64,000 nt of DNA from Eledone cirrhosa (taxonomy: Eukaryota), in contig OZ024741.1 of assembly GCA_964016885.1 (NCBI GenBank), forward strand, positions 92,752,001 to 92,816,000, written 5' to 3'. Position numbers and translations under genes: made by a program. This document shows positions 41,918-53,842 of this stretch, one piece after another. The notes under the pieces were generated by a model. That model saw nothing but the letters and a program-made list of their open reading frames with translations, did not search any database and had not been told where the DNA came from. The number at the start of each line of letters is the position of its first letter. Positions within the stretch are counted from its first letter, which is position 1.

Positions 41918-43521
41918 TCTGTCTATATATAGCAACCCACACCAAAATGGAAAGGTCGACGCAAAATTATGAAAGTTGTGATATATGCGTATTATACACA
42001 CACACACACAGATTCACACACACACCTACACACGCAGATATATTATATCCGTCTAGCGAATTCCAGCAGAATCAGCGGGGGACAACTGCCAATTCATTTC
42101 TGCTGGCTATGGATGTCATCAGAACAGTGCTTCCCCTGCTGTCTGCTGGAATTTGAACAGGCGAAAATATATAGTTTTTTTCGCCTATGTAGATGGGCCG
42201 GCTTGTACAACTCCATGTGCAAATGAAGCTAATCAACCCATCTACAGGTTTTTTCGTGTGTTTTCAATTAATCCAACCTCCGAATTGCTTGCAGTCACCT
42301 TCTTTTACGAAAAGGAAATGAAGGCGGAAGGGAGGGGAATCCTTCGAGTTACAGATAAGCATCTCTCATTCGTTTAAATTTATAGAAAAGCAATTTCTTG
42401 ATACTGAAAGTTGTTTTGATTTTTTATCATGTTGTACTGTTATGGAAAGCGTTGTAAGCTTAATTAATTAAGTGTTCCCCAATTTTCAAATCCACTATTC
42501 TAATAAGGAGTGGCTGTGAGAAAGACATTCAGTGAATTCCATCAACAAAATCTCTCACAAATGATGCCTGGAGGTAACCAGACCTATAAATTCATCGACA
42601 AAGTTGTCGACGAGGACGATGCTGTTCATTATCCGTTGAATTTCTCAACAATCTGGAACTGTCCAGTATGCTGTTCACAACCATGAATTGAAGAAGGGCA
42701 TAGTCATCATACTTCTCAGAAACTTGGATTAGCCAAGAATGTACAATGGGATAAGTATGGTTGTGACTGACCTATAGCATCACATTAAAGAAGCCAAAAC
42801 CCTCACTGGATGTGGTAAAGGAGATATTGTATTTATACTTAGAATACTGCTAATACCAACAGATGTCCCTTTTCATTTCAAATGATTGCAATTCCCAGTG
42901 AGAGTCAGTTACACAATGACTATTAACAAGTCCCGAGGTCAAAAACTACAGGTTGTCTGACTCCATCTAGAAGACGGCTGTTTCTCACATGGTCAATTGT
43001 AGATTAGGAGCCGAGGAGGACACTTGGAGTTACAGATAAGCACATCTCAGCCGTTTAGATTTATAGAAAAGTAATCCCTTGATACTGAAATATGCTTTGA
43101 TCCTTCGTCTTTTTGTACTGTTGTGGAAATCGTTGTAAGCTTAATTAATTAAGTGTTCCCCAATTTCCAAATCCACCATTCCAATGAGAAGAGCAATCCT
43201 TGCCCCCCAAAACATCAGTGAATGCTATCAGTAAAATCGCTCACGCATGATCCCTGGAGGTAGCCAGACTTATAAATCTATATACTGAATTTCTGTAAAT
43301 GTTTTATAATTTTCGTAGACTACATTTTTCTATTATTTTCTTTATTTCTTTCTGTATTTAGATAGTCTAAATAAAGTTTTTACATTATTTTATGCAATAT
43401 TTAAATACCTTTTAACACCTTTTATTCTAAGGAAAATGGGCATTGCGGCAGATAATAATAGGTGCCTTATGTATAGATTTAAGCACAGTACAGACCGGGC
43501 CGAAGGCCGGGAGGCCGCTAG
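41918..43521 (+). mobile_element. Internally deleted Helitron with PIF1-helicase remnant
   Basis: 5' end A|TCTGTCTATATATA. 3' end has a GC hairpin (CCGGGCCGAAGGCCGG) then CTAG|T. 42700-43000 encodes LLRNLD.PRMYNG...RILLIP...LQFPVRVSYTMTINKSRGQ...FSHGQL. Confidence 0.8.
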
Positions 43522-43559
43522 TATACATATATATATATGTGTGTGTGTGCGTGTGCGTG

Positions 43560-43614
<55 letters not shown>

Positions 43615-43699
43615 ATATATATATATATATATATATATACATACACATACATATATATGTGTGTGTGTATCTACGTGTATGTATGTGTGTGTGCGTGTG

Positions 43700-44062
43700 T
43701 TTTGTATCATATATTTAAATGATATACGGTATGTTTACGAATAAACATTTGAAAGCCTTTAGCTATGAATTTTTGTTTCTGGCTGATGGCTGTTGTCAAG
43801 GCAGTATTCCCCCTACCCTGCTCTCTGCTGGAATTCAATATAGGCGAAAATATATAGTTTTGGCGCCTATGTACATGGGCTAGCGTCAAAACTATATATT
43901 TTCGCCATCGTCCAGAAACTATCCTCGGTAGTTACCCTCTTCTGCTTCTGCTGGAATTCGTTAGATGGCGCTAGCCATAAGCTTCCAAAATTCATAGCCA
44001 AAGGCGTTCATATCTTTATTCGTAAACATACCGAATACCATTAGATATACGAAATACACATA
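43700..44062. mobile_element. Foldback element sharing internal motifs with the adjacent Helitron
   Basis: Arms CGGTATGTTTACGAATAAA...GCCTTTAGCTATGAATTTT / AAAATTCATAGCCAAAGGC...TTTATTCGTAAACATACCG. The internal GGCGAAAATATATAGTTTT also occurs at 42160. Confidence 0.6.
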
Positions 44063-44268
44063 CTTATATGTATACAGCTATGTCGAAGTGAAATCCTTAA
44101 TTCTATTTTCAGGCCGAGCCGGTCGACAGCTCCATATGCAAATAAGGCTAATCAGCCCATGTACATAAGCGTCAAAACTATATATTTTCATCTATAGGGA
44201 AAACAATAGATACATTTCCCTGAAGGATGGATTTATGGCGCCAATTGTATAAAAGAACATTTTCTAGT

Positions 44269-44539
44269 TGTGGTTAGAAAAAGCTACTTCACTTACCGCT
44301 TATCGCTGGCACCGCTAATCCAATGGCTGGTTTCTCCTCCCCCACGTGTGTACAATCCATCTCGTTAACTGGGAGCTCCAAAACTGACGTCCACCACGTT
44401 CGCTGACCACCCTAGAGAGAGGTAGACCTGCTGGCCCTTCCGGTCAAGCACCCTTCCGGTCAAGCACTCTTCCGGTCAAGCACTCTTCCGGTCGAGCACT
44501 CCCCAGCCTCCGGCCACCGCACACCACACCATACCCACA
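44269..44539 (-). repeat. 3' LTR (contains 16-bp tandem CTTCCGGTCAAGCACY repeats)
   Basis: Direct repeat of 48231-48482 with an extra segment of about 19 bp. Confidence 0.92.
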
Positions 44540-47500
44540 CGCCCCCCTGATCTCAAGGATCAATTTTCCCCTCGTCCTGCTGCATATGAAAGTCTGCTGT
44601 CCAGGTTGGTGGTTTGCGACTTCTTTGCGATCTCCGCAGTGTTGGGGCGGCACTTTGGGTTTCCTCTTCCTCGGAGTCCGTTGACACAGTAATTCTACGG
44701 ACATCCAGGACATGACGAGGTACTCCGTCCACGGACACATTGTTCTGGAAATTTACGGCCGTCACCGTCCCCTTCCCTATTGAGATGTGCAACGTGCATC
44801 TGGGGGCTTAACCCAGACTTCTTCACCCACCTGCACGAATGCATTCTCTCTCTCCACTGGCCGTTGTGGTGGCGTGCATGGGTGCCGCCACTCGTATCTG
44901 AATACTGCTCTGTGTGGCACCGATTCCTCAACCTGTCCCACCCGAGGAGACATGTTGTACCAGAACACTGCCTCCATTGGTGAGATGTGGCCCCGCTCCG
45001 CCATTGCTTTGATCGTCCGGTGGTGTCGCTCCACGATTCTATTTCCGCTCGGCCTGTATGCTGCTCTGAAGAAACGGTCCACCTTCCATTCATCGAGCAT
45101 CTCCCTCAGCGCCTCCGAGCGGAACGCTGCGCTGGTGTCCATCAGCAGTTCGTCCACAGGGCCCCGCTCCAAGAACACCTCTCTCAACGTCCGCGTGATT
45201 TCCTCGGCCGTTCCAGTCTTCATCTCCCTCCATATCGCCATCCGTCCCGGTCCACAGTCGACCATTGAGAGGTATGTTCATTGTCGGTAGTGTGTTACAT
45301 CCACCGCCAATCGCTTCCAGTCGCGATCCACCGGGAGGCTTCCCGTTTCGTGCACACCCGGGGCGGGATCAATGGACTGACATCGGACGCAGCCTCTAAC
45401 CACTCTTTGAACACTGTGTCTGTTAACGTCCGAGTCGATTCTCCTGGCTAGGAACAGTGTCCTATCCACTCCCATGTGGTGCATGTCATGCAACCCTTTC
45501 AGATCCGACTCGGTCAGCCGACACACGGCAGCTATCTCCTCTTCTACATCCTCCGGCGCTTCCATTTAGGCTTTCTTCACCCTGGTTAAAACGTCCGCCC
45601 TATTGTTCTCTGAGGGCACGAAAACTACGCTCAGCCTCAGGTCGAACTCGGTGGCTAGCTGTCCTAAAGTTCCCAGGCGACGCTTTATCAGCAACTCCGC
45701 CGCCCCTCTCGTTCGCACTCTCTTCTCACTGGTGAGCACTGATCTCACCCATCTGAGTACAGTAGCCTAGTCGGTGCGAATGTCGATGGTGCGCAGTCCC
45801 CACCTCAGGGCGAAATCACCCTCTCAACACCGCGTCCAGTTCGGCCACATTGATGTGGTTGCAATCGTCCTTCTTCCTAAGCCAGGCTGCATCCTCGACC
45901 TCAACACCTCCTATCTCCAACGTGACACCTAGCACTATGCTGCTGGCATCGCACCATATGGTCCCGCTCTGCGATTTGGGAATATACCAGCGTCCCCGCA
46001 CTGGGTCGTCGGCTTTCACCCTCTCCACGATCTCCTGCATCATGGCCACCGTCCTCTCTCCCACTCTGTCACTCCAAGTCACCCCGCCCGCTCGTCTCTT
46101 GACATAGCTGCATGCCGTCCGGAGCCACCCACATTCGGGTAGTGACCCACCAACTTTCCACACGTCGAGAAAAGCTCCCGCCTATTCATACTTTGGCCCA
46201 GTTCTCGAACTTCATTTCCCCTCTGGAATAATAACACGCCCGTCCTGTCTCGCCGTAGCCTAAGTCCCAGCGCAGCTCCTCCCTCCAACGCTTCTGACGG
46301 CTTCGCAGCCAGTCCATACCCCTGCAAATGGCTCGTGACCGCCGCCGCCGACACTACAAACTCGTCCACTAGGATGTCGTCAATGTAGGAATTAATGGCC
46401 CTCTTCATCTTGTCGGCCTTTCCCAGAATGGTCTTGAGGACCGCCGCCATTATCTTCCGTGCAGAGCTCAGCCCGAAACCGAGCCTGGTCAGGCAATATG
46501 TCCGGCCCTTATACCTAACCAGCTGATACTGCCAGAGCTTCTCATCTATGTGTAATTCTAAGTATGCCGACTTTAGATCAACGATTGCAGAAGCCCCCGT
46601 CATGCGTCTCCACTTACACAGGGTTTCCCCACAGACATCCGTGACCTCTCCACCCGTGTGGCATGACACGTGCTCGTTCAGCTCCCGAAAGTCCAGTACC
46701 GGCCTCACCTTGTTCTTCGTGGGTTGCGCCACGCCATTAACGGCAATACTTCGCACTTCACCTCCTCTTTCCATGGAATCAGTATGCCCTCCTCAATCCA
46801 TCTCTCTACCTCTAGCTCGAACTCGCTCCTAATGTCTCCCTTCAATGTGTGTTGATAGCAGCCCACTTTGGTCTTCCAGTACCAATGAACAACCCATCGT
46901 TTCCCATCGAACACGGCCTTGAAGTCTTTGTCCTGTACAGTGTAAGCGGATATTTCTCCTCGCGGGCCTTCTGGTTTTCCTGTCGCGCACTCATAGCGCA
47001 TACCGATGCGGCGCCGCCAAACGACACACCGACATTGTTCACTGTGACACCTCCTAGACGGCCAATTGCGTCCATGCCCATAACTACGCCGATCCCATCC
47101 ACCACGTTGTCGACTACGATGGCAGAAAGCCTTATTTTCTTTCCTTGTACCGCCATCTCCACCTCGCTGCGACCTCGGCATTCAATTTTCCTACCGTCGA
47201 CTGCCCTTACGCTGCTCTTCCCTCTCCACCTCTGCGCCACCTCCGCGGTCACAAGTGTCGTCGTACAGTCCGTGTCCACGAGGGTTCGCTGTGGCTTTCC
47301 TCTCACGATAACTTTCACCACGGGCAGCGCCTCTACTCGTAAGGGGCAGCTACCGGCGCAGTAGTTCCCTTTGGATCGTTTCCTTGGTCGCAGCTAGTAG
47401 CGATGTGGCCTGGTCGCTTACACCGGTAGCATATTTTGTCCGGCCTTGACTCTCTAGTCTCTCGCCATGTGCGGGCCCTGGCACCTAAAACAGCGACCTC

Positions 47501-48230
47501 TAAACGTTCGCGGGCGACTGCGTGTCGTGGTTGCCTCCCTTTCACCATTTCGCTGCCGGCTGCCTTGGGCCTCTGTCATTGCTATCGCCGCGACACTCTT
47601 CTTGGCATCTTCTGCTATGATGCGGGCTTGCTCCACCAGTGCACGCATCTCCATTTCCTTGTAACCCGGAACTTGCTGCAGTTTCACCGCTATGTCGTCT
47701 GGAAATCCATTTATGAACGCCAACCGCACCGTGCGTTCGTATTCCACCTGATATCCAGCCAACATGGCCAATCGCCGTATTTCCGCTGCGAAAATGTCAA
47801 CGCGTTCACCGTTTCATCTAATCCTTGCCAGCTTAACAAAAGCGGCTAACGGTCCTTCCGCGAACGCTTCCATCATACGCCTCTCAATCTTTTGCGCATC
47901 TCTTTGGCTGTGTTCATCCATCTCTAGGAAGAGTGCCAACGCATCCCCCTCGAGATACAGTGCCATGAGGCCAGCCACATCTTCTATCTTCTGTAAGCTT
48001 GCGACCAGCCGGACTTTTCGCAGCCAAGCGACAACATCGTCTTCACCGGTAAATGCTCTAATCGCTTCTCCGCTCATTTGTAATCTCGTCGCCATATCCT
48101 AATTTTGTCCTGCGGTAAGTAATAAAAAACAACAGACTCCTCTCTGTTTTTCCAGTAGCTTTGTTTCCGAGAAAGTTCTTTTTTTTTTTTTTTTATCAAT
48201 CAGATCTCAGTTTCCAGTGCCGAAATAGCT

Positions 48231-48482
48231 TGTGGTTAGAAAACGCTACTTCACTTACCGCTTATCGCTGGCACCGCTAATCCAATGGCTGGTTTCTCTT
48301 CTCCCACGTGCGTACAATCCAACTCGTTAACCGGGAGCTCATTCGCTGACCACCCTAGAGAGAGGCAGACCTGCTGGCCCTTCCGGTCGAGGACCCTTAC
48401 GGTCAAGCACCCTTCCGGTCAAGCACTCTTCCGGTCGAGCACTCCCCAGCCTCCGGCCACCGCACACCACACCATACCCACA
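48231..48482 (-). repeat. 5' LTR
   Basis: Direct repeat of 44269-44539, followed by TSD CTAGT at 48483-48487. Confidence 0.92.
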
Positions 48483-48872
48483 CTAGTGTCATATCATTTA
48501 AGTAACTTGCGGTCATTATAAATACACTCTCATGTGGCTCTAGCATCACACAGTTCTCAGTCACTTGGTCAGTACAACACAGCCTGCCTATATAACAGTT
48601 TACTACTACCTCTGCTAGCTACATACTGTCTGACTACAACTTGTCATTTTTTAAGAAACCATCCAATGGCAAATAAAGAGACTCTCGTACAACACAGAAG
48701 ACTTATTAAACACTATATTCATTTGTGAACACTACAATCAATGATTGTATTTATGATTAGAAGTAGTAGTAGTTTTTCCTTTTGTGAGGATGAAGTAAAG
48801 ATATATATTAAACCAGGATTATTGGTATTTGTCGTGTTCCTCATTTCTTTCACAACAAATAAACTTCGCTTC

Positions 48873-48918
<46 letters not shown>

Positions 48919-49004
48919 ATCTGCATACGTATGTGTGTGCATACATACATACATACATACATACATACATACATACATACATACATACATACATACATAC
49001 ATAC

Positions 49005-49415
49005 ATACATGGTGGCTGCCAACTCGTTTTCGAGTACGGCCACTACTTTATATCCATGTAGGAGAACCCCTACCGATGCGCTGAACGAGTGTGACTTTTT
49101 AGTCCAACCAGCGACTTGAAAACTCTGGTACAAACACTACACTTGTGACAATTATTGACACATAGTGCTGGGCCCATGGTACCATGTGACGGCAAGTGCA
49201 GAGAGATCTCCAGATATAAAGCAATGCCTGTGCCGTGAAGCTTTTATAGTGAGCAAAGGCACTGCACAAAGCCAGTCCCACTCTCTTAACCAAGATGATA
49301 TTTACCAAAAAGAAGAACAAGTCAACATCATTGGATACCATCAGGGTTGCAGGTGTTATATCAGAGTTTTCCTTCTCCTAGAATTCTGCCTTGACAAAGG
49401 CTAAGGGGTCATCTC
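49005..49415 (-). mobile_element. Short non-autonomous RTE derivative (5' UTR motif fused to zinc-finger 3' end)
   Basis: 49335-49412 matches the RTE 5' UTR motif at 58120-58190. 49011-49330 is an RTE 3' end with GGCAGCCACCATGTATG tail. Confidence 0.6.
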
Positions 49416-49464
49416 TCATACATACATACATACATACATACATACATACATACATACATACATA

Positions 49465-51602
49465 AAAATTACCGCCCAATTGCCTGCCAAAACATCATGT
49501 ATAAATTATATACTGGGTGCCTTAACCTGTTCTTACAGGATCACTGTGCTACCAACAACATCATAACACCTGAGCAAGCTGGTGGAAAGAGGGAGGTGTG
49601 GGGTTGCATAGATCACCTACTAACTAACAAAATGATTCAGGAAAAAACAACAAAGAATCGCAGAAACATGACTGTCGTGTGGCTGGACTATCAAAAAGCA
49701 TTTGATAGTGTACCTCATGGGTGGATTATTAAGGCTTTACAGTTAGCTAAAGTCCCACAACCATTAGTAGCTGCTGTTGAACGCCTGACCAAGAACTGGT
49801 ACACCAATTTGATCCTTAGAGGTGAGAAGGAGCAGGTTAAGACTGATAGGATACATTACCAGAAGGGCATCTTTCAGGGTGATAGCTTGTCAGTACTACT
49901 CTTCGTTCTCTCACTGAATCCACTATCTTACCTACTCAGGAAACAAGGTGGACAAAGAAGTGGGCCCAGAAGTATCTCCCATCTTTTCTTTGTTGATGAC
50001 CTGAAGTTGTATGGGCCAAATATCAATGACATCAAGAAACAATTGGACCTCATTACACAATTTTCAACCGACATCAAAATGAAATTTGGTGAGTCCAAGT
50101 GTGCATATTTGGCAGTAAAACGTGGAAGAGCTGTGCCCTCCTCTAGAAATCTAGATATGAACGGCCTGACAATACAACCTCTGCAGTCAGGTGACAACTA
50201 CAGATATCTTGGACAGGATGAGAATGTCAGATATGATGGACCCATAAATAAGGAGAGAACCAGAACTGAATACCTCAGAAGAGTAAAAAAAATATGGTCA
50301 TCAGAACTGTCAGCATACAACAAATACATTGCCCACAATACCTATGCTGTGCCAATTATAACGCCAACATTTGGCCTACTGAACTGGTCATTGCAAGAAC
50401 TAAGTGAGATGGATGTTAGAACTCGTAAACTTCTCAGTGTTACTGGGAACTTTAACATCAATGGTGATGTGGATAGGCTATACTTCTCACGCAAGGAAGG
50501 TGGCCGGGGTCTAAAATCAATATTAACAACATATGAGACCCGGATAGTAACACTGAAGCAACACCTTCAACAGAGGAAAAAGGTTGGCGACCATCTTGCT
50601 CAGGTTTATGAGCATGAAAAAAGAAATATCATTAGAATAGCGACTGATCTGGAGTAGAGATATGGAATAAAGCCTGATATAAATCTCTCACCCAGAGAAA
50701 TCGGAAGATCCTATTCAATGTTCAAACAAGAAAAAAAAATTGACCAATTTACAGAGAAAGTTGTGCATGGATACTTGAGGCGTAAAACACAGACCATAGA
50801 GGGGATAAACCACTCAAAAATCCTGGCATGGAGTTCCGACAAGTTTATGACATCACACCTTGAGGGATATCTCTATGCAATACAGGAACAAGAACTCCCT
50901 ACCAAATATCTGCTGCACAAAAGAGGAGGGCCAGCAGCTGACAATAAATGTAGGCTATGTAAAACAAAGATCGAGGATGTAAGCCACATTGTTGCCAGCT
51001 GCGAAAGAATGTCATCTCGCTACTACCTCCCCATGAGACACGATGGGATAGCTAGAACTATCTGGAACGCACTTCGGAAAACAAAATTAACAACAAACGA
51101 GGAAGAATATATTGAGACAGATGGCACTAAGGAATACTGGTGGAACCTGAAAATAAAAACTGCCACCAAATTAAAGCACAACCGGCCTGATATTGTAGTT
51201 TGGGACCACACATTGAAAACGTGTTCTGTTGTGGAGATCAGCTGCCCACTTGATGTAAACGTTGTCAGAAAAATACAGGAGAAGGAGGACATCTACGGAC
51301 CATTGATGAGGAGCTTACAAATCCAGTATCCAAGATACACCTTTAGCTTCATACCCATCATTATTGGTGCTACGGGTTATATACCAACCCGCTTGGACCA
51401 AAGTATGACCGAACTTGGATTTGCGGACAAAAAGCGCAGCTCCCTAATTCATAGTCTACAAATGGCTGCGATAGCTGGCACCTTCAAAATATGCAAAACA
51501 TTCTTGCGATTCAAGGGATGACAATTTCTTTTCTTTTACAACCTTGCCACCAGGAAGGTGGCCGGTCAAAAAAATATACTCGAAATTAAGAGAAAGAGAA
51601 AA
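49465..51602 (+). mobile_element. 5'-truncated R4/Dong-like retrotransposon (RT, CCHC, RLE) with a single in-frame stop
   Basis: NYRPIAC, EQAGG, WLDYQKAFDSVPH, GIFQGDSLS, HLFFVDDLK, YRYLG, EGGRGL. TAG at 50655 is followed in the same frame by CRLC..H...C, RHD, RPD..EISCP..K. Flanked by (CATA)n. Confidence 0.92.
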
Positions 51603-51619
51603 CATACATACATACACTA

Positions 51620-52500
51620 CTTAATGCTCGAACAAATTTTTTTTAAATAAACCAGTTTACTAAGGTTGTACATGGGTATTTGAAATGAAAATCACAGACC
51701 ATAGAAGGGATAAACCATTATAAAATCCTGACATGGCATTCCGACAAGTTCATAATATCCCATCTTCAAGGATACCTTCATACAATTCAGGAACAAAGAA
51801 TCCCCACCAAGTACCTACTGTAAAACAGAGGAAAGTCATCAATTAACAATAAATATAAGCTGTGCAAAATAAAGATCAGAGCTGTTAATTAGCCACATTA
51901 TTGCCAACTGTGAAAGAATGTTTTCTTCGTTATTACCTTCCAGTGAAGCGTGATATGGTAGCTAGAACGATCTGGAATGCATTACGGAAGACGAAAATAA
52001 AATAAAATAAAATAAAATAAGGAAGAATATGTTGAGACTGACAGATCAAAGGAATACAAGTGAAACCTAAAATTAAAACCTCATTAATCTGATAATGTTG
52101 TTTAGGACCACACATTAAAAACGTGCTCTGTTGTAGAAGTCAGCTGTCCTCTCAGTGTGAATGTAGCCTGAAAAATGCAAAAGAAGAAGAGTACCTCCAG
52201 ATCATTGATGAGGAGTTTGCAAATCCAGTAACCAAGACACAAATCTGTTTCATACCTATTTATACCAACCAGCTTGGACCAATGTATGACTGAGCTTTGA
52301 TTTGTGGAGAAAGCACGCAAATCTTTGATTCTTAAGTTACGAATAGTCACGGTATCTGGAACCTTCAAAATCTGTAAAACATTCTTACGTTTCAAGGGAT
52401 GAACGAGTGCGCAGAGGACGACGAAAATTTCTTTTTCTTTACAACCATCCCACCAGGAAGGCTGTCGATCATAAATAAACTCAGAATTACGAGAAAGAGA
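51620..52500 (+). mobile_element. Older degenerate R4/Dong-like 3' fragment
   Basis: Homologous to 50740-51600; ends GAGAAAGAGA(CATA)n. Confidence 0.8.
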
Positions 52501-52554
52501 CATACATGCATACATATACGCATACATACATACATACTTACAGACATACATATA

Positions 52555-52830
52555 TGATGGCCGCAAACTCGTGTTCGGGCATTGCCATCGCCTGATAAAA
52601 TGCTCAAAATGTGAGGCACGAACGTGGATCTTTAAACCAGCCAAAGACTTGCACCCTCTGGCACATACATAGCAACTGTAGACTCATCTGGGATTTTGTA
52701 TTGCTTGGTTTTGACTGTGTTCTCATATGTCTTTTAAGACCTCCCATTCTTGCAAATTCCTTGCCACATTCCCTACACCTTTTCAGATCATCATGGTGGT
52801 TTTTTGCTAGCATGTGTAGTGTGTATATTA
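52555..52830 (-). mobile_element. RTE 3' end (zinc fingers plus tail)
   Basis: CRECGKEFARMGGLKRHMRT and AGLKIHVRASH; tail GCGGCCATCATATATGTATG. Confidence 0.7.
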
Positions 52831-53490
52831 TACGCTGGTATATATAGATGTAGATATGATACATCAAATAAAATCGTAATTGACAATATACACAGAAATT
52901 GAACGAAGACTGCGTTACACTGTCTTTATGTAATCAGTAACCTAATCCATGATACATTAAAAAAAGACGATATTATATATAAACTGCATTAGGAGAAAAT
53001 TAGTATGTTTATTTAAGCGATCGCCACCGGAAGTGTTGACATCACCTCACTCTCTCTTTCTATATATATGGTAGTTGAAGTGATGGTAGTGGTGACGATA
53101 TAGCGGAAGTGCAACTTTGAAAAGAAGTCAATTTTAAATTATTTATTTTTACGAAATTATTTTTGTTTACGAAATTTAGTAGATAAATTATGTAACATTC
53201 ATTAATTATTTATGGATGGTCATTGACTCTTATGAGTTCTTCCACCCTTTGTGTACAAGTGTATATGCTGTTTTTAGATACATGCATACATACATACACA
53301 ATTGCCTATTTTATCTGCTTGACTAATTTTTCATACATACACACATACATATATATGCATACATACATACATACATACATACATACATACATACATACAT
53401 ACATACATACATACATACATACATACATACATACATGATGGCTGCCCCCTCGTTATCGAGTATGGCCATTGCACGAGAAGAAAAAAAAAA

Positions 53491-53522
<32 letters not shown>

Positions 53523-53548
53523 TGAATTTAAAAAAATAAAAAGAAAAG

Positions 53549-53601
<53 letters not shown>

Positions 53602-53794
53602 CATACATATATACATACACACATACATACACATACACTCACACATATACACACAGATACATTACTAACAATAATAATAATAAGAAGAAGAAGAAGAATA
53701 ATAATAATAATAATAGCAATAATAATAATAACGACAACAACAATAATAATATACATATTCATATATATATACACACACACGCACGCACATAAGC

Positions 53795-53834
<40 letters not shown>

Positions 53835-53842
53835 GATAGCAA

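Larger units (their letters stand above)
44269..48482 (-). mobile_element. Full-length compact Gypsy-like LTR retrotransposon (gag-PR-RT-RNaseH-IN), ORFs disrupted
   Basis: LTRs 44269-44539 and 48231-48482 (TG...CA), 5-bp TSD CTAGT, PPT GAGATCAGGGGGGCG. Gag CCHC CYRCKRPGHIATSC; PR LVDTD; RT LDFRELN / VDLKSAY / RLGFGL / YIDDILV; RNase H CDASS...HINVAELDAV; IN H..HH..CVRC, VDVT, MD, NRIVERHHRTIK. Confidence 0.95.

Noticed and set aside
44437-44500. 16-bp tandem repeats resembling a CRISPR-like array
   Set aside because: They have no spacers and are internal LTR repeats present in both LTRs of a eukaryotic retrotransposon.
50655-50657. Single in-frame TAG in the R4/Dong-like ORF as programmed readthrough or an A-to-I editable stop
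   Set aside because: The copy is 5'-truncated and a point mutation is the simpler explanation. No second copy in the window spans this codon for comparison.
53020-53115. Two ETS-like motifs (CCGGAAGTG, GCGGAAGTG) suggesting a promoter
   Set aside because: No adjacent exon or splice donor could be supported, and short motifs occur by chance.
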